The notes below the pieces were generated by a model that saw only the letters and a list, made by a program, of their open reading frames with translations, did not search any database and had not been told where the DNA came from. This document shows, in pieces, positions 35,339 through 37,428 of a stretch of 37,428 nucleotides of DNA. The DNA lies in IMG/VR virus record IMGVR_UViG_3300032212_000075, positions 1 through 37,428 of that record; one strand, written 5' to 3'. Both the position numbers and the translations under genes were made by a program. Numbering within the stretch: the stretch's first letter is position 1; the number at the start of each line of letters is the position of its first letter. This DNA is from a virus. Its lineage: Duplodnaviria; Caudoviricetes.

Positions 35339-35917
35339 ATGGAAGCTCAAGTAAATACAGACGAAGAACAATCAGTTGCAGTTGTTGCAGATGTGTCTTG
35401 TGTAGACGTTGCGACTCGGCGTGGTAAGCTGTTCGCTCTTGAATCCGCCATGCTTGCAGAAAAGCAAGTTGATATTCCTGTTAATCATAGATTTTGTGGC
35501 GGGATGTATGCGCGGGAAATAACAATCCCAAAAGGAACGCTTCTTACTGGACGTATTCACAAATTTGAGCATTTTGATATTATGCTATCAGGTGACATTT
35601 CGGTTTCTACTGATACAGGCGAAATCAAACGCCTTACGGGACTGAATATCATGGAAGGCAAGCCGGGCAAGAAACGTGCAGGCTATGCACACGCAGACAC
35701 ACACTGGATTACATTTCATAGCGCCGAAGAATGCGACCCTGAATTAATGTATGATATGTTGACGTGTTCCAGTTTTGAAGAGCTTGAGCAGTTTAATATT
35801 CAGTATCAAGCGGCGGTTGCCAGAATTGAAAGTGATGAAAAAGAGTTAACGAGGGTAGCCGAAGGGCTGGCTTCTGGCGAAATACAAATTGCGGAGGAAT
35901 CAGCATGTCAGTTGTAG
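35339..35917 (+). CDS. Cupin-fold protein in the virion module
   Basis: HRFCGGMYAREITIPKGTLLTGRIHKFEHFDIMLSGDISV...PGKKRAGYAHADTHWITFH. Confidence 0.65.
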   Translation: MEAQVNTDEEQSVAVVADVSCVDVATRRGKLFALESAMLAEKQVDIPVNHRFCGGMYAREITIPKGTLLTGRIHKFEHFDIMLSGDISVSTDTGEIKRLTGLNIMEGKPGKKRAGYAHADTHWITFHSAEECDPELMYDMLTCSSFEELEQFNIQYQAAVARIESDEKELTRVAEGLASGEIQIAEESACQL

Positions 35918-36591
35918 CAGCGGCAATTATAGGATCGACGGTTGTTGGCGGGGTAACTGCAATAGCATCTTCAAGCGCTCAAGTTGGTGCGGCGGAGCGC
36001 GGCATTGAATCAAACGAAACCCTTTCGCGAGAAAACATAGAACTTCAAAAAGAGCTTGCTGCGGAACAGCGCGCAGACTTAGAGCCTTGGCGTCAAACAG
36101 GCATAAACGCACTTGAGCAAATCGAAGCTGGTGTTGAAGCTGGCGATTTCACAATGGAAGATTATGTTTTTGAAGCTGATCCGGGCTATCAGTTTCGTCT
36201 TCAAGAGGGTATTGATGCGCGAGACAAATCAGCGGCGGCACGTGGCCGTCTGAACTCAGGCGCACAAGCAAGGGCCATTGAGCGTTACGGTCAAGATTAT
36301 GCAAGTAATGAATATTCAAATGCTTATGCTCGTGAAGCAAATGATCGCGCACGCCGATATAATATCTTGTCCGGCCTTTCTCAGGGTGGACAATCTTCAG
36401 CGGCGAGACAGGCGGCGGCAACAAGTCAACTTGGTCAAACATCTTCCAATATTTTAACCAATCTCGGCGCTTCAAACACTTCGGCTTACAATAATATCGG
36501 CGCAGCAAGGGCGAGCGGTTATGCGGGTATTGGAACAAGCATTAATCAAGCCGCTCAAAACTGGCTTACTTACAAGAATGTGGGAGCTTAA
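35905..36591 (+). CDS. DNA ejection protein (P22 gp7-like)
   Basis: Hydrophobic A/G-rich N-terminus, LEPWRQTG, DPGYQFRLQEG, SAAARG..NSGA. Confidence 0.8.
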   Translation: MSVVAAAIIGSTVVGGVTAIASSSAQVGAAERGIESNETLSRENIELQKELAAEQRADLEPWRQTGINALEQIEAGVEAGDFTMEDYVFEADPGYQFRLQEGIDARDKSAAARGRLNSGAQARAIERYGQDYASNEYSNAYAREANDRARRYNILSGLSQGGQSSAARQAAATSQLGQTSSNILTNLGASNTSAYNNIGAARASGYAGIGTSINQAAQNWLTYKNVGA

Positions 36592-36593
36592 AA

Positions 36594-37428
36594 ATGGCTA
36601 ACCAGTATGGAATAAATTTAGCACAAGCCCTTTCTGATGCGGAATCCATTAAGGGGCACAGGAATGTAAACGCGCTTAACTCTATGAAGCTTGCAGAAGC
36701 AAAACGCCTTGAAGAAGGCCGTCCCGCAAGAGAAGCCGCAGCTTTGGCGCGGAAAAACAAACTTGCTGGTTTGCGTTCTCAGGCCGTTGGCGGTGACGAA
36801 ATGGCGGCTAAACAACTTTTAGCCCTTGACCCTGAAGGTGCGCCAAAGTTTTTGGATGCGTTATCTCGGATGGATGAAAGCCAAGTCGCGGCAACTAAAC
36901 AAACCGTTGATGAAATTGGGCAGCTATCGGCATATGTGCTTAACGGTAAAACGCCAGAAGAACAAAATCGGCGCTATCAAATGGTTCTTCAGGGAGCTTC
37001 TCAGGACATGGTTTCCCGGATGCCGAAAGAATACAGCCCTCAATTTATGGAATATTCGCTTTCTAAAGCAATGACTATGGACAAGTTACTTGAAGCGCCA
37101 ACGGTTAAACAGGTTGGCGGCGAAGATGTTGTTTATAGTCGTGGCAAGGAAATTGAACGTGCTGCGCGGCCCCAAAGATCAACACGAGCCGGTTTAGGCG
37201 GCGGCATTAAATCAGGTGACGAGTCGTTAATGTATCGGCAAGCTGTCGAATTGCTCGGCGGCATTATGGATGAACAAGGCAATATTCGCGCCCTTGATGC
37301 GACAATTAGGCCGAAAGTACAGGCGATTGCACAAGAGGCCGCTAAACTGTTCGCTAAAGAGGGTAATATAAGCCGCTCGGAGGCTGTTACACGCGCAGCT
37401 AAAAAATTTGGCGTTGAGGTAGCTAAAG
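36594..37428 (+). CDS. DNA ejection protein (P22 gp20 position), 296 aa, continues at 128-183 across the junction
   Basis: GGGAG RBS, MANQYGINLAQAL...; open to window end; missing from ORF track because it wraps. Confidence 0.8.
   Translation, partial: MANQYGINLAQALSDAESIKGHRNVNALNSMKLAEAKRLEEGRPAREAAALARKNKLAGLRSQAVGGDEMAAKQLLALDPEGAPKFLDALSRMDESQVAATKQTVDEIGQLSAYVLNGKTPEEQNRRYQMVLQGASQDMVSRMPKEYSPQFMEYSLSKAMTMDKLLEAPTVKQVGGEDVVYSRGKEIERAARPQRSTRAGLGGGIKSGDESLMYRQAVELLGGIMDEQGNIRALDATIRPKVQAIAQEAAKLFAKEGNISRSEAVTRAAKKFGVEVAK

Larger units (their letters stand above)
1..37428. mobile_element. Complete P22-like podophage genome (circularly permuted assembly, ~37,301 bp unique)
   Basis: Full set of packaging, head, tail, lysis, recombination and replication genes; no host housekeeping genes; identical 127-bp ends. 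Confidence 0.95.

Noticed and set aside
37302-37428. 127-bp terminal repeat as a biological DTR or att site
   Set aside because: Exactly 127 bp (a common assembler k-mer) and mid-gene; best explained as circular assembly overlap of a permuted genome

Overview
The window is a complete, circularly assembled ~37.3-kb dsDNA phage genome. Bases 1-127 are repeated exactly at 37302-37428, and one injection-protein gene reads through that junction. The virion module is P22-like (podovirus): TerS, TerL, portal, scaffold, P22-type coat, gp4/gp10-like connectors, needle, three ejection proteins including a 1716-aa polyvalent protein with a zincin motif, and a tailspike. It is followed by an unusual lysis region with a DUF5675 endolysin, a holin-like/lipoprotein fusion, two microproteins and an HP1-type holin. 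A compact divergent promoter region at ~16.2 kb drives two early arms. The leftward arm carries ERF, a TopoVI-A/Spo11-like TOPRIM protein, YqaJ exonuclease, NinB, a BTLCP-like cysteine protease plus lipoprotein, a Ref-like nuclease, HNH, tRNA(CAT) and a Tad2/DUF2829 sponge. The rightward arm carries an RHH regulator, an uncharacterised 667-aa + 127-aa gene pair, GapR-like protein, RuvC, a structured RNA leader, gp88-like protein, MT-A70 methyltransferase, initiator, DnaC-like loader, SSB and HNH. No integrase, CI-type repressor, DNA polymerase or ParA was recognised. The SSB and GapR-like genes point to an alphaproteobacterial host. The best candidates for undescribed systems are the Spo11-like nuclease embedded in the ERF-exonuclease operon, the terminator-bounded immediate-early 667/127-aa pair, and the RNA-controlled gp88 + MT-A70 module. 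All family calls are by motif recognition only; no searches were run.
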